Shown here: positions 46,553 to 56,600 of the stretch, in pieces
How positions within the stretch are numbered: the stretch's first letter is position 1
Layout: every line of letters starts with the position of its first letter
Source of the DNA: a virus
Taxonomy: Duplodnaviria; Heunggongvirae; Uroviricota; Caudoviricetes
DNA: 64,000 bases
IMG/VR virus record: IMGVR_UViG_3300015177_000008
Coordinates: 32,001-96,000 of that record
Strand: one strand, 5' to 3'
Notes under the pieces: model-generated
Databases searched by the model: none
What the model was told of the DNA's origin: nothing
The model's input: only the letters and a program-made list of their open reading frames with translations
Program-made: the position numbers and the translations under genes

Positions 46553-48892
46553 TTACTCTTCTACTGACTCGGTGGGATTGTCTTTTGATCTCCGGTCGTC
46601 GATTGCCTGTAAAGCCGCAATGATTTCAGCTAGTGGCTTCTCCCGATACATCTCGACGATCTGTGATTTGGTGTATTTCTTGTCACCAATTTCTACTCGA
46701 CCGCTGGCGTTCTTTGGCAGGTATCCTTCTTCCAGCATGTACTCGACGAGCGACTCGATAACGTCGAGGCCACGAGTAGGATCGAAGTAGAATTTCCAGG
46801 TGCATTTGCCATACGGTGGTGCAACTTTGTTTTTGATGCACTCTGCGCCTACGTCCTGACCGATCTTCTCTTTCCCATCCTTCATCACCGATGCACCGAG
46901 ACGGATGCGCACAGAAGCGTAAAACTTCGGTGAATCGCCGCCTGGAGACGTAGTAGGGTCGCCAAACATTACACCGATTTTTGTGCGAACCTGATTCAAG
47001 AAGATGATGCAGGCGTTGTATTTGCGTGCCCACAAAGCCAGAGTGGGGAAGTTCGCACTCGTCGCACGAGCCAGCGCCGTATTGTCGTTCATGTTTAGCT
47101 GATCTTTGTCTTTGGCAGTGCCTTCAGCCATCTTTTCGAACTTCTCGGCTTTGGAGTTCGGAACCATAGACGCAAGTGAGTCAGCCACGATACAGATAGG
47201 TGCTGATTCAGGAATAAGCTCTTCATCACGTACCAATTTAAGAATTGTGCCGATCAACTCTACAGAGTCTTCGAAGGTATCAGGCTGCTTGTATACCCAC
47301 TGACCGTCATCCTCATCTGCATTCAAACCATTGGCTACAGCCAGGCCAACGTCAAAACTGTTTTCATGATCGAGGAATACCGCCAGACCATCTTGTTTTT
47401 GAGCGGAGATCATCGCTGCTGTTGCAAGGAATGTGTTGTGGCTGATAATCCCGTTAGACCAGAAAGAGTGTGTTTCCGGCATCGCTACGTCGAACGTTGG
47501 TGCTTCACCTTCCTCAATAGCCACGACTTCGTCGTAGAACAAGTTAGAGCCAATTACCGCTGCCAGTTGTGCAAACAGATGCTCGTTAAAACGATTCTTT
47601 CTGCCAATGAAGGAGACATAGATTTCTCGCAGTTTGTCTATTCCGACACGATCGCCGCGGCCAATAACGTGGTCTACCAGAGCGTAGTCTTCACGGGTGG
47701 TCTTGGTGAGCGACTCGTAGAGTGATTTCACTAAGCCGCTGATGTGCGGAACATAGCCTGAGTAAGTGCGGTCAAAACCAATGTCCCGTTTGGTTGCCAC
47801 TGATAAACGTGCCGGAGATTCGAAACCAATCGTTGACAGAAAAAGGTCGTAATTAGAGCCACTGAATGACAGCCGGTAATATGTATTTTCATAACCCGCG
47901 ACGTGTTTTTCAGAGATAGTTGACGTAATCCCCAGATTCAGGAGCATGAGGCGAATTTGCTGTAGCAGCAGCCCACTCGCGCTCACAACCTCAATGCAGC
48001 GACCATCATTGACGTGGCATTCCAGCTCAAAGTAGCCGCGAAGGAATGCAATTTGAGCCTCGCTATTGGCGCGACGCACACTCAACGGAACCTGCTTGCC
48101 AGCAGCTTTCTCATACTCCAGACCATATTCTTTAAAAAGCAGCGAACGCACCTCTTTGCTAAACAGCACATGGTCTTCCGAGCCGTTATGTTTTCTCGTA
48201 ACTGGCATCTTGTCTGATACCAGCGAAATGAGGCGGTAGTACTCATCCTTGATGAAAGGATCTGTGTTAGAAAAATTCACTGAATTTTCAGAGGCCACGT
48301 ATCCGTCAGCAATTAAATAGCCCATCAGTTTTGCGATATTGGCATCCAGGTGCTGATCGCCGAATTGATGTGTGCCAACCATTGAAGGAATCGTGTCGCC
48401 TACACTGATTTTTTCAGCATGTCGCCAGACGACATTACCTAAGTCGTCAACCACACGGATTGGGTGACGGAACGTAGCCTCGATATAACCGCCTGATGCC
48501 AGCTTAATACGCTTGAATTTGCGACGGTTGTTCCATGTCAGGTGTGAGGTCTTCTCTATCACGCCATTTTCATTGATGAGTCCAACGTTATGCTCTACAT
48601 CGCGAGTAGTGCATGTCGCTTTGTACCCTTCAATCTCAAACAACTCTTTCACTGTTACCATTCCACGCTCCGTCAGCAGCATGGTGTCTGCGGTAACACA
48701 TTTCCCCGCACTTGGAGGACCGAATACTTCGACGATACGACCACATGGGAAGCCGCCATCGTAACGACCAGAAATAGCTTTGTTTAACGGTGGAAAGCCT
48801 GTATCAATCCAATGAGTTACTTTCTGAATTTCGTCGTTGCTACCGATTTTCTTTTTCAGAGCAAGTGCCAGTGCGGATTTTCCTTTTGCCAT
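46553..48892 (-). CDS. recA: RecA-family recombinase interrupted by an intein (779-aa precursor, about 357-aa mature protein)
   Basis: N-extein ends GPPSAGK; C-extein has IFLNQVRTKIGVMFGDPTTSPGG and KFYASVRIRLG, closely RecA-like; SD aggagcc. Confidence 0.9.
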   Translation of the reverse strand: MAKGKSALALALKKKIGSNDEIQKVTHWIDTGFPPLNKAISGRYDGGFPCGRIVEVFGPPSAGKCVTADTMLLTERGMVTVKELFEIEGYKATCTTRDVEHNVGLINENGVIEKTSHLTWNNRRKFKRIKLASGGYIEATFRHPIRVVDDLGNVVWRHAEKISVGDTIPSMVGTHQFGDQHLDANIAKLMGYLIADGYVASENSVNFSNTDPFIKDEYYRLISLVSDKMPVTRKHNGSEDHVLFSKEVRSLLFKEYGLEYEKAAGKQVPLSVRRANSEAQIAFLRGYFELECHVNDGRCIEVVSASGLLLQQIRLMLLNLGITSTISEKHVAGYENTYYRLSFSGSNYDLFLSTIGFESPARLSVATKRDIGFDRTYSGYVPHISGLVKSLYESLTKTTREDYALVDHVIGRGDRVGIDKLREIYVSFIGRKNRFNEHLFAQLAAVIGSNLFYDEVVAIEEGEAPTFDVAMPETHSFWSNGIISHNTFLATAAMISAQKQDGLAVFLDHENSFDVGLAVANGLNADEDDGQWVYKQPDTFEDSVELIGTILKLVRDEELIPESAPICIVADSLASMVPNSKAEKFEKMAEGTAKDKDQLNMNDNTALARATSANFPTLALWARKYNACIIFLNQVRTKIGVMFGDPTTSPGGDSPKFYASVRIRLGASVMKDGKEKIGQDVGAECIKNKVAPPYGKCTWKFYFDPTRGLDVIESLVEYMLEEGYLPKNASGRVEIGDKKYTKSQIVEMYREKPLAEIIAALQAIDDRRSKDNPTESVEE
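47435..48700 (-). mobile_element. Intein (422 aa) with LAGLIDADG-type homing endonuclease domain, inserted in the RecA P-loop
   Basis: Starts with Cys (CVTADTMLL), ends IISHN followed by Thr+1; LAGLIDADG-like blocks LMGYLIADGYV and LRGYFELECHVNDG. Confidence 0.85.
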
Positions 48893-48894
48893 GA

Positions 48895-49167
48895 TCAGGC
48901 TCCTTTTGTTTCGTTGATTCGTTTTAAAGCGGCGGATTCATCGAATACAATCGCATCGTGGTTAAGGAGTCTGGATACACGAGCGAGGATTTTTACGACT
49001 TGCTCGCTGACTAATCCAAACTCGCGATCTGTCGCTTTCATTCCGACAGCGCCCAGAATTGACGGCAGTGCGATGACAGCGTACTCACCGTGATAAAAGA
49101 CAATCTCTTTTGCCAGTTGGGCAGGGGTGGTTGTAGCGCCATTGATAATCGATTTAAGCATTAGCAA
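48895..49167 (-). CDS. Hypothetical protein (90 aa)
   Basis: Start overlaps the FEN gene stop. Confidence 0.45.
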   Translation of the reverse strand: MLMLKSIINGATTTPAQLAKEIVFYHGEYAVIALPSILGAVGMKATDREFGLVSEQVVKILARVSRLLNHDAIVFDESAALKRINETKGA

Positions 49168-50105
49168 TACCTTTCGAATGGAAGAACAAACACTTCAAGG
49201 TCTTCAAGGAACGAACGGAAATTCAGCTCGTAGCACAGTTGCTCGAATGCTTTCACGTCACGATTGCCTTTGATTGTTTCGATTTCGGTAGGCGGAAACT
49301 TCGTCTCAATCAGGTTCATTAGCGTGATGTTTCTCTTGAACGCTTCGAGCATTCGACAGCCTGTTTTCTCGTTGAAGGCATTCTTCGCTAGTTTGTTGAA
49401 GGCGGTCTTATGACGCCCTTTATTAACCACGATTGAGCCGTCGTTGATGCCGCGTACCATCGTTGCGACACTTCCCCATTCATGCAGCAGCTCTTTCGCA
49501 CCGCCAGCACCAATGCCACCAACACCGCTAATGTTGTCCGAGTTATCGCCTTGTAATGCTTTTGCTTCCAAAAATGCGCGAGGCGTGGCGAATCCTGTCA
49601 GCTCCGCAAATTGCTCAAAATTAACCTGCTTGTTTTTGGCGTCTTCACGCAGGCTTACCCAGCTTACGTTTTCACGAACTAACTGAAGCCAGTCGCTATC
49701 GCCTGTTAACAGATAGATGTGTTCAACGGTTGGCTGCGGTGCCATGCGGGATACCAGCAGCCCGGCCAGATCATCCGCTTCTGCATCTTTTGCAATGAGT
49801 TGGGTAACTCCAAGCGCGGTCATCATTTTGAGGATGTATGGCTTCTGGATAGCAAAGCCTTCCTTCATCTTTTTCATATCAGGATCGCCGTCGCGATTTG
49901 CTTTGTAGTCCGGGTAAAAGTCGCGACGCTTGTCACTAAATCCATCCCAAAGAATCATAGGTCGGGCATGGAGGATGGAGGCATAACGACGGACGTTCTT
50001 AACAAAGCCGAAAGCAGCCTGTACTTCCATTTCGCCGTTGTGCAATTTGTCAGATTGTTGATGGTAATAACCCAGGCTATTGCCATCTACGAAGAGATAA
50101 TTCAC
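49161..50105 (-). CDS. 5'-3' exonuclease / flap endonuclease (FEN, T4 RNase H-like)
   Basis: NYLFVDGNSLGYY, LTGDSDWLQL, helix-hairpin-helix region GVGGIGAGGA; start moved to GTG 50105 after SD ggaagg because a terminator hairpin occupies 50124-50150. Confidence 0.8.
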   Translation of the reverse strand: MNYLFVDGNSLGYYHQQSDKLHNGEMEVQAAFGFVKNVRRYASILHARPMILWDGFSDKRRDFYPDYKANRDGDPDMKKMKEGFAIQKPYILKMMTALGVTQLIAKDAEADDLAGLLVSRMAPQPTVEHIYLLTGDSDWLQLVRENVSWVSLREDAKNKQVNFEQFAELTGFATPRAFLEAKALQGDNSDNISGVGGIGAGGAKELLHEWGSVATMVRGINDGSIVVNKGRHKTAFNKLAKNAFNEKTGCRMLEAFKRNITLMNLIETKFPPTEIETIKGNRDVKAFEQLCYELNFRSFLEDLEVFVLPFERYC

Positions 50106-50123
50106 CGGTACATTCCTTCCAAA

Positions 50124-50150
50124 AAGTAAGGCGTCCGTAGACGCCTTACT
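50124..50150 (-). terminator. Rho-independent terminator after the SSB gene (minus strand)
   Basis: On the minus strand cagtaaggcgtctacggacgccttac followed by TTTTT. Confidence 0.5.
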
Positions 50151-50165
50151 GGTCACGTAATGGGA

Positions 50166-51194
50166 TTACAGAGAGTCCAGCTCTCTCAGTAGGTCATCCA
50201 GACCTTCATCTTCCGTCGCAGATGCGGTTGCTACAGATGTCGCTGCGACTGCTTCAGACTCTTTGACTGATACGGCAACGGCAGCGGAACTTGCCTCTGG
50301 TTTAAATTCAGTTTCAACGGCACGGAGGATTTCTTCATCAACCAGACTGGTTGGTTCAGAAGCCGGTGTGTGCGCGGTTGCTACAGCCGTCGCTCCTTCT
50401 GTATGACCAGTGACAGAGCCAAATCCAGGTAGTGCCGCAGCCGATGTTTTCGCGGTTGAGGAAATTGCTGGTGCAGATGCTGCGGCAGTTGGTGCAGCGA
50501 TGCCAATCAGACGACCCATAGTGCGAACTGTCGACAGAAGACGAGTTTCATCAGCCTGATTTGCGTATGCGATCAGATCATGCTGGGTGTTCCAGAATTT
50601 ATCTTCGATATCGCCTTTGTAGACTTTACGCTTAGGCGAGACGTCATATTTGGTATCGCGACCAGAGCCAGTACGTTTAATCAGGAATGCGTAGCCTTCC
50701 TCTTTGCTCAGTGGATTGCCGATATCATCAGCGATGTCTTCGGTGATTGCTTTGCAGATATCATCGAATACAGTAGACGGCAGCTCGATTAACTGGCATT
50801 TCTCAGCATCTGCGAAATCCTCACGAGCAGAAAGAATGCCGTTGACCAGGTAGCGAGGAGTGGCACGCATTTGACCGATGCGTTCTTCCATTGCTTTGTT
50901 ACCCTTGTGACGAGCGCGACCTTCCATAACCATTTCGCATAGCTGACAAGCGCGACCGTGAGTATGTTGCTCACAAATATAAGCGTTGGTTGCTTCTTTA
51001 CCTTCCTCGTTCTGATACTTAACGTAGTGCATACCGAAAGTCTGGAAGAACTTACCGTTTGGGTCGTCTTTATTCGGGAAGATGCGGATATAGTTGACGC
51101 CGTCTTTTAAGCGAGTCAGATCAACGTTGTTGCCACGTTTGGCGGCAATGTCTTCACGAGTTTTGTTAAGCAAATCAAGTAATGTCTTAGACAT
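50166..51194 (-). CDS. Single-stranded DNA-binding protein, T4 gp32-like
   Basis: Cys/His cluster CEQHTHGRACQLC (Zn subdomain-like), Ala/Ser/Thr-rich linker, acidic C-terminal tail; SD aaggag. Confidence 0.65.
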   Translation of the reverse strand: MSKTLLDLLNKTREDIAAKRGNNVDLTRLKDGVNYIRIFPNKDDPNGKFFQTFGMHYVKYQNEEGKEATNAYICEQHTHGRACQLCEMVMEGRARHKGNKAMEERIGQMRATPRYLVNGILSAREDFADAEKCQLIELPSTVFDDICKAITEDIADDIGNPLSKEEGYAFLIKRTGSGRDTKYDVSPKRKVYKGDIEDKFWNTQHDLIAYANQADETRLLSTVRTMGRLIGIAAPTAAASAPAISSTAKTSAAALPGFGSVTGHTEGATAVATAHTPASEPTSLVDEEILRAVETEFKPEASSAAVAVSVKESEAVAATSVATASATEDEGLDDLLRELDSL

Positions 51195-51277
51195 GTGTTT
51201 CTCCTTGTTGTGATTTGGCCGATGGCGCTATGCGCGTTGGGCTTTCGTTCATTCGTGGCTCTTTCGAGCTGTTAAAT

Positions 51278-51306
51278 GATAGATCAGTACTTACTTATTA
51301 TCTATC
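51278..51306. promoter_or_regulatory. Family-2 palindrome GATAGATCAGTACTTACTTATTATCTATC upstream of the SSB gene
   Basis: Nested inverted repeats about 85 nt upstream of the SSB start. Confidence 0.45.
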
Positions 51307-51311
51307 AAAAA

Positions 51312-51743
51312 TCAACGGGGAGTAATAAAGCGTTCAGAGCCTAATCGCTCTAATTCAACGATGGCCATCTTTGACGCCTGAACGATCATGTCTCGGCGAT
51401 GCGAAAAGGCGGCGACAGCATGTTTGTATATGTCTGCGATGTGCCGTGCTTCATCCAACTTCTGCCGTTTAGACAGATACTGTGGGTTTGTTTTAACCTT
51501 AGCGTCCAGTACAGACTCGTTGAACTTAATGCCGTTCATACTCAAGTTCTTACGCTCTGTGTCGTATAGCTTTGCTTCAACAGCTTCAAGGTTAAGTTTT
51601 GCCTCTGCGACATCTCGATCTGCCTGCGCTAGTTTTGACCCATACTCCATTAAAAGCCGTGGCTGTTTACGCCATACTTCCTCAAGGTTGTCGCGGTCGA
51701 ACTCCAGATCGGCCATGATTTTAGAAAAAATATCAGTGTTCAC
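51312..51743 (-). CDS. Hypothetical protein (143 aa); position suggests a recombination mediator (UvsY-like), speculative
   Basis: ORF upstream of and co-oriented with the SSB gene. Confidence 0.45.
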   Translation of the reverse strand: MNTDIFSKIMADLEFDRDNLEEVWRKQPRLLMEYGSKLAQADRDVAEAKLNLEAVEAKLYDTERKNLSMNGIKFNESVLDAKVKTNPQYLSKRQKLDEARHIADIYKHAVAAFSHRRDMIVQASKMAIVELERLGSERFITPR

Positions 51744-51997
51744 TCTAATAGGTTCCTACTTATAAAATCTGTATCAATTATATCAAACAGAGAACGGGTT
51801 TATGGCGTCATGTCAACTTTGTTCAGGGGAAAATATTGAGATCACCGAAGATAATTAGTTGTCTTATTTTGGTAAGCTGTGCTGACCATCTTTAGGTCAC
51901 ATACATGAGATGGATGGGGGTGTGGCATGAACGGATGAAATTCAGTCGCCGTTGACAGATGTCAACACTGTGAATAGAATACTATTATCGGAGGCGA

Positions 51998-52222
51998 ATG
52001 AAGCAACATCCGAATAAGCATATTCAAGCAGCCATTGACTATGCATTAAGTAAAGGCTGGATCTGGGTAGCAGCTGGTGGTGCTGCACATTGTTTTTGCA
52101 GACTGCGATGCGGTAATCCAGAAGGTGAACACAAAACTCACCAAATGAGCGTATGGTCGACTCCGGGTAATCCCGAAAACCATGCCAAACAGATCAAACG
52201 AATGGTTGATCGTTGTAAATGA
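51998..52222 (+). CDS. Small protein, possibly HicA-like toxin (tentative)
   Basis: 74 aa; LSKGW...GGAAH...STPGNP pattern loosely resembles HicA; terminator ggcggcattagccgcc follows. Confidence 0.3.
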   Translation: MKQHPNKHIQAAIDYALSKGWIWVAAGGAAHCFCRLRCGNPEGEHKTHQMSVWSTPGNPENHAKQIKRMVDRCK

Positions 52223-52282
52223 TTTCAAGGCGGCATTAGCCGCCTTTTGCAGAAACTGTCCAACTATCTTCAAAGGAAAACT

Positions 52283-52846
52283 ATGGCGCTTTATAACTTC
52301 ACTCTGACGCTCTCAGGCGTATCGTATGAGACGGAAGGACTGGAAGACGCGCTGTACCAAAACGGCTGTGACGATGCGCTAATTTGCGCATATGGAAACT
52401 CCGTCTATGTAGAATTTGACCGCGAAGCACAATCACTTGATGCAGCTATCGCATCTGCGGTCGACAATATTGAATCAGCCGGTATCGGTGCAATTGTTGA
52501 ATCCGTCGACTCGGCTCTTGTGGGCTTAAGCGATATCGCGGAACTGACAGACCTGTCTCGCCAGGCAGTGGCGTTGCTCAAAGACGGTAAGCGCGGAAGC
52601 GGCGACTTCCCTTGCCCTGTACAACGCATAAAAGGCCAGTCTCCTCTCTGGGATTGGGCTGATGTGGCTGAATGGCTCATGAATAACGGACGACTTAAAG
52701 AGGGCGATCAAATTGTCCAAAATGCCCGAACTTTGAGTAAATGGAATCTGGCGCTTCGAAACAGCGTCTCGAAAGATTTCAACGAAATAGAGCAAATTGC
52801 GGAGAAACTGATTAAACGCCGCAAAGATATTGCGAAATGCGCATAA
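52283..52846 (+). CDS. Hypothetical protein with helix-turn-helix-like segment (about 187 aa)
   Basis: ORF 52247-52846 trimmed to ATG 52283 (MALYNF) after SD aaaggaaaa. Confidence 0.5.
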   Translation: MALYNFTLTLSGVSYETEGLEDALYQNGCDDALICAYGNSVYVEFDREAQSLDAAIASAVDNIESAGIGAIVESVDSALVGLSDIAELTDLSRQAVALLKDGKRGSGDFPCPVQRIKGQSPLWDWADVAEWLMNNGRLKEGDQIVQNARTLSKWNLALRNSVSKDFNEIEQIAEKLIKRRKDIAKCA

Positions 52847-52847
52847 T

Positions 52848-52871
52848 GATGCCCGCCAATTGGCGGGCATC
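52848..52871 (+). terminator. Hairpin terminator-like element
   Basis: gatgcccgccaattggcgggcatc directly after the stop of 52283-52846. Confidence 0.45.
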
Positions 52872-53175
52872 TGTTCTCTGTAAAGGTGTCTGGCATCGTC
52901 TGGTTCGTTAACGTTTACTAAACCAATGGTGACAAAAATTAGTTATCTTTGAAAAATAAAGGTTGCATGAAAAGAAGGGGTATGCGTTAATAGCATCGTT
53001 GGTTTGCAAGACAGACCTTATGTAAGCAGTTTTAGTAAAGCAGTCTCAGTTCAGTGTTATCTTCTGATTTCCCTTCTTCGTGAGTCTCCTCCTTAAGTGC
53101 CTAAGTAAGTCCCAATCTATACAGATCAAATTCTCGCCGCACTATGTGGCTCACAAAATTAAGAAGGTAATATCT

Positions 53176-53391
53176 ATGTCTAATAAAATGACTGGTTTAG
53201 TAAAATGGTTTAACTCTGATAAAGGCTTTGGCTTTATTTCTCCTGCTGATGGCAGTAAAGATGTTTTTGTACATTTTTCGGCAATTCAGAGTAATAATTT
53301 CCGCACTTTGGAAGAAGGCCAGCAGGTCGAATTCTCTATCGAGAATGGGGCTAAAGGCCCAGCAGCAGCAAATGTCGTTGCTCTAAGCTGA
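53176..53391 (+). CDS. cspA: Cold-shock protein, CspA family
   Basis: [38 protein letters not shown] with RNP1/RNP2 motifs; long 5' leader upstream. Confidence 0.85.
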   Translation: MSNKMTGLVKWFNSDKGFGFISPADGSKDVFVHFSAIQSNNFRTLEEGQQVEFSIENGAKGPAAANVVALS

Positions 53392-53667
53392 TTCAACGCT
53401 GATGATCCTCATTTCTACAATAACGAAGACGGTGTAAGCCTGAGTGGATAGATTTGTAGGATTGTACAAGTTGAATAAATTAGCATGGTAAGGCCATGCT
53501 AATTAAATCGACACAACGGCCAGTTTATTCCATAAAAGTGAATTGCCCATTGTGGCGAAATGCGGGGTTGCCGCATGAATAGTCAAAGGCAGAAGCTAAC
53601 TGCCGGCATGGCAAAACAAAGTGCGTAAGAGGAGTGACTTCCTCAACAAGCGCCATAATTCTTTATA

Positions 53668-53693
53668 AACCCGCCAACAGGCGGGTTTTCTTT
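53668..53693. terminator. Bidirectional hairpin terminator next to the dnaE stop
   Basis: aaacccgccaacaggcgggttt flanked by T/A runs. Confidence 0.5.
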
Positions 53694-53694
53694 A

Positions 53695-56600
53695 TTACTT
53701 ATTTATTGTCTCCGCGATATCAGCCAGAATGGCCTCCAGTCGCTCTCCTTCTTCCGGTCGGAAGTACAGGATATTCGGGTTAAATCCGTAGAAGACGGTT
53801 GCATCAAGCTCTGGGAAGTACTCCTTACGACCAATCAGATCTGATGGTTTACTCTTATTGTTAAATAGTGCGGTTGAACGACTACCACACGTCAAAATGT
53901 AGGTTGGTCGTACAAGATTAATTTCTTCCCGCATAAAGTCTGTGAACTGGCCTATCTCGTCTTTGGTATAGTCTTTCTCTTTGTCCTTAACCTTCTTACA
54001 AACACCCGTGACATAAAGATCGCCCATGCGCAGATCTCCAACTGTCAGTAGTTTTGCCTTAAAGTCGTCGTATCCGTTCTCCATGAAGTAGCCGGTACGA
54101 GCGTCATTGCCGTTCGCATTGTCCAGAATGATCATGATTTTGGGTTTAATACCAATAGTCGGGCGTATCAACTCCTCACCCAAGCCCATTTCAGCCGCCA
54201 TACGTGTCATGAGTACGTTGATTTCGGCAGAACGCTTAGGATTCATTTCGAACGGACGTGATGCTTTAACAGCGTCAATGATGAGATTGCCCATCAGCTC
54301 AGCCTGGTCGCGCAGTCGTTCAGGATCAGTTGCTGGCAGACTGCCTGGCTCAATTGACGCAAAAGCCCCTACTTTATGAAGCGACTCGCGTACACGACTG
54401 TTACATGCACGCTTCTCGACCGCTTCATCGAATTGTGCCACTGACTCGAATTTGCCACCAACTTTCTCACGCGCACGCATAATTGCCTGACAACCATTTT
54501 CAGAACAGCCTTTCACAGCAGAGAATGGCGCATACAGTGCCTGACTGCCGTCTTCGAGTGTGCGGATCTCAATTCGGTTAGATGACACATTAACGTCTGG
54601 TGGCAATACGCGAATGCCATAGGTCAGCGCATCCTTCACCAGCCCCTGATGCTTATCCTCGCCCAGAATGGTGAGCGCAGCTGCGAAGAACTCAGCAGGG
54701 TAGTGCGTCTTTAGCCACATAGACTGATAACTGATTAAAGAATAAGCAACGGAGTGTGATTTATTGAACTGATAGGCTCCGTTTTTCTCAAATGCGGTCC
54801 AGATCTCCTTCGCTTTCATCTCTGATAGCCCTGGATGTGACGCTGTAACGCGTACTGCGTTTATAGGTAGTTTTGCGCCGTGCTCAAGTGCCTCTTCGAC
54901 AGTTTTCAGAGTTCCGTCTTCGCATTTAAAATGTTCCGCACGGTGAATGCGCTGTGTAGTGCCATCTTCCAGCTCAACGTCTATCCAGCCAGCTTGAGCC
55001 TGAACGATGAACTTCTCGCCCATGCTCTTCATTTTTTCCATGTTCTTCTTACCGATTGCGGAACGCACAGCGTCAGCTTCAGCCATTGTGAAGCCGGCAA
55101 GCAATCGAGTCGCGTTCATCGTCTGTTCCTGATAGAGAATCACGCCATTTGTTTCCGCGGTAAGTTTATCAAGAACGGGGTGTAATGATTCCGGCGTCAT
55201 AAAGCCTTTGGCGACAGAAACATAGTCATCCAACATGCCTGATTGAATTGGCCCCGGCCGGAAGAGCGCAGTTGTAGCGACGACCGTTTTAAAGCTCATT
55301 GGCTCAATTCCACCACCTAAATCTTTAAGCAGCTTGCGCATTGGGCCTGATTCAAGCTGGAAAACACCTTGAGTGTACCCAGCAGCAAAACCATCCAGCA
55401 CCTTGCGATCTTCAAGAGAAATGGCATCAAGATTGATATCTTCACCTGTGTTCTCTTTTATGTAGCGTTTTGCACTATCGAGCAAATCGAGAGTTGCCAG
55501 GCCAAGCACGTCCAGCTTAATTAGGCCCATAGCCTCGCAGTAACGCTTGTCAAATGCGATACAACGCGCGTCACCACGGCGCTCAACCGGTGTACGTTCT
55601 GTCAGAGGAACACCTGCTACGATCATCCCTGCCGCATGTCTACCAAAGCCACGCATAAGGCTTTGTAACTTGCAGGCTGCATTGAATGCATCAGGATATT
55701 TTGTTGCGTATTTGTCGAGACTTGCCAGTTGTTCGCGCAGTTCTTCCAATGGAAGGCTATCATCCTCAGCGTTCTTCAGTTCTTTTGATACCGCCATATC
55801 TGCGGACTCCACACCATAAATACGAGCGGTGTCACGTAGTGCAGAGGCTGCGCCCAGGTAGGTGAAGTTCGGAATGCCTGCAACGTAATCTTCGCCGTAG
55901 CGTTCATTCAGATACTCGATCACCTCATGGCGACGTGCCTGGCTGAAGTCCAAATCCGCATCTGGCAAGTCGAGACGCTCAGGGTTGATGAAACGCTCAA
56001 ACAGAAGACCGTGACGGATTGGGTCGACGTTGGTTATGCCTATGCACCACGCCACCAGAGAACCGGCAGAGGAACCACGACCAGGCCCAACGGGAATGCC
56101 AGTTTCACGACTATGATTCATCAGATCGCGCACCATCAGGAAGTAACCACAGAATCCCAGGCGAGTCAGCGTGTCCATTTCGTACTTTAGCCGCTCAACA
56201 TAAACCCTGTTCTCAGAAGCAGGTGGTGTGTATCCAAACTCTTTTGTGGTAAGACGTTTACGCAGCCCTGCAACAGCCAGTTTCATAAGCGTTGCAGGCT
56301 CGTCGTCTGCCATCTTTGGCAGTGCTGGCGGCAATTCATGCCAGCGCCATGTGCAGGCATCGATAATGGTATCCTGCGTTGTTGAGGCCATTGCAGCTGT
56401 TACCGGCACATCCATGCGAACGGAGAAGGCTTTAAGCGCCTCAAGGAGATGGCGGCGACCATTGACGGCGTTATCTCGCTGGTGGGGGATACGCAGACGA
56501 TGCGGCTGGTCGATTTTGATGTTGTTCGTAACCATGTGCGCAATGTCTTTAATGTCTGCATCGTCGATCGATTCGTAATAAGCGGGATAGAACGCCACTG

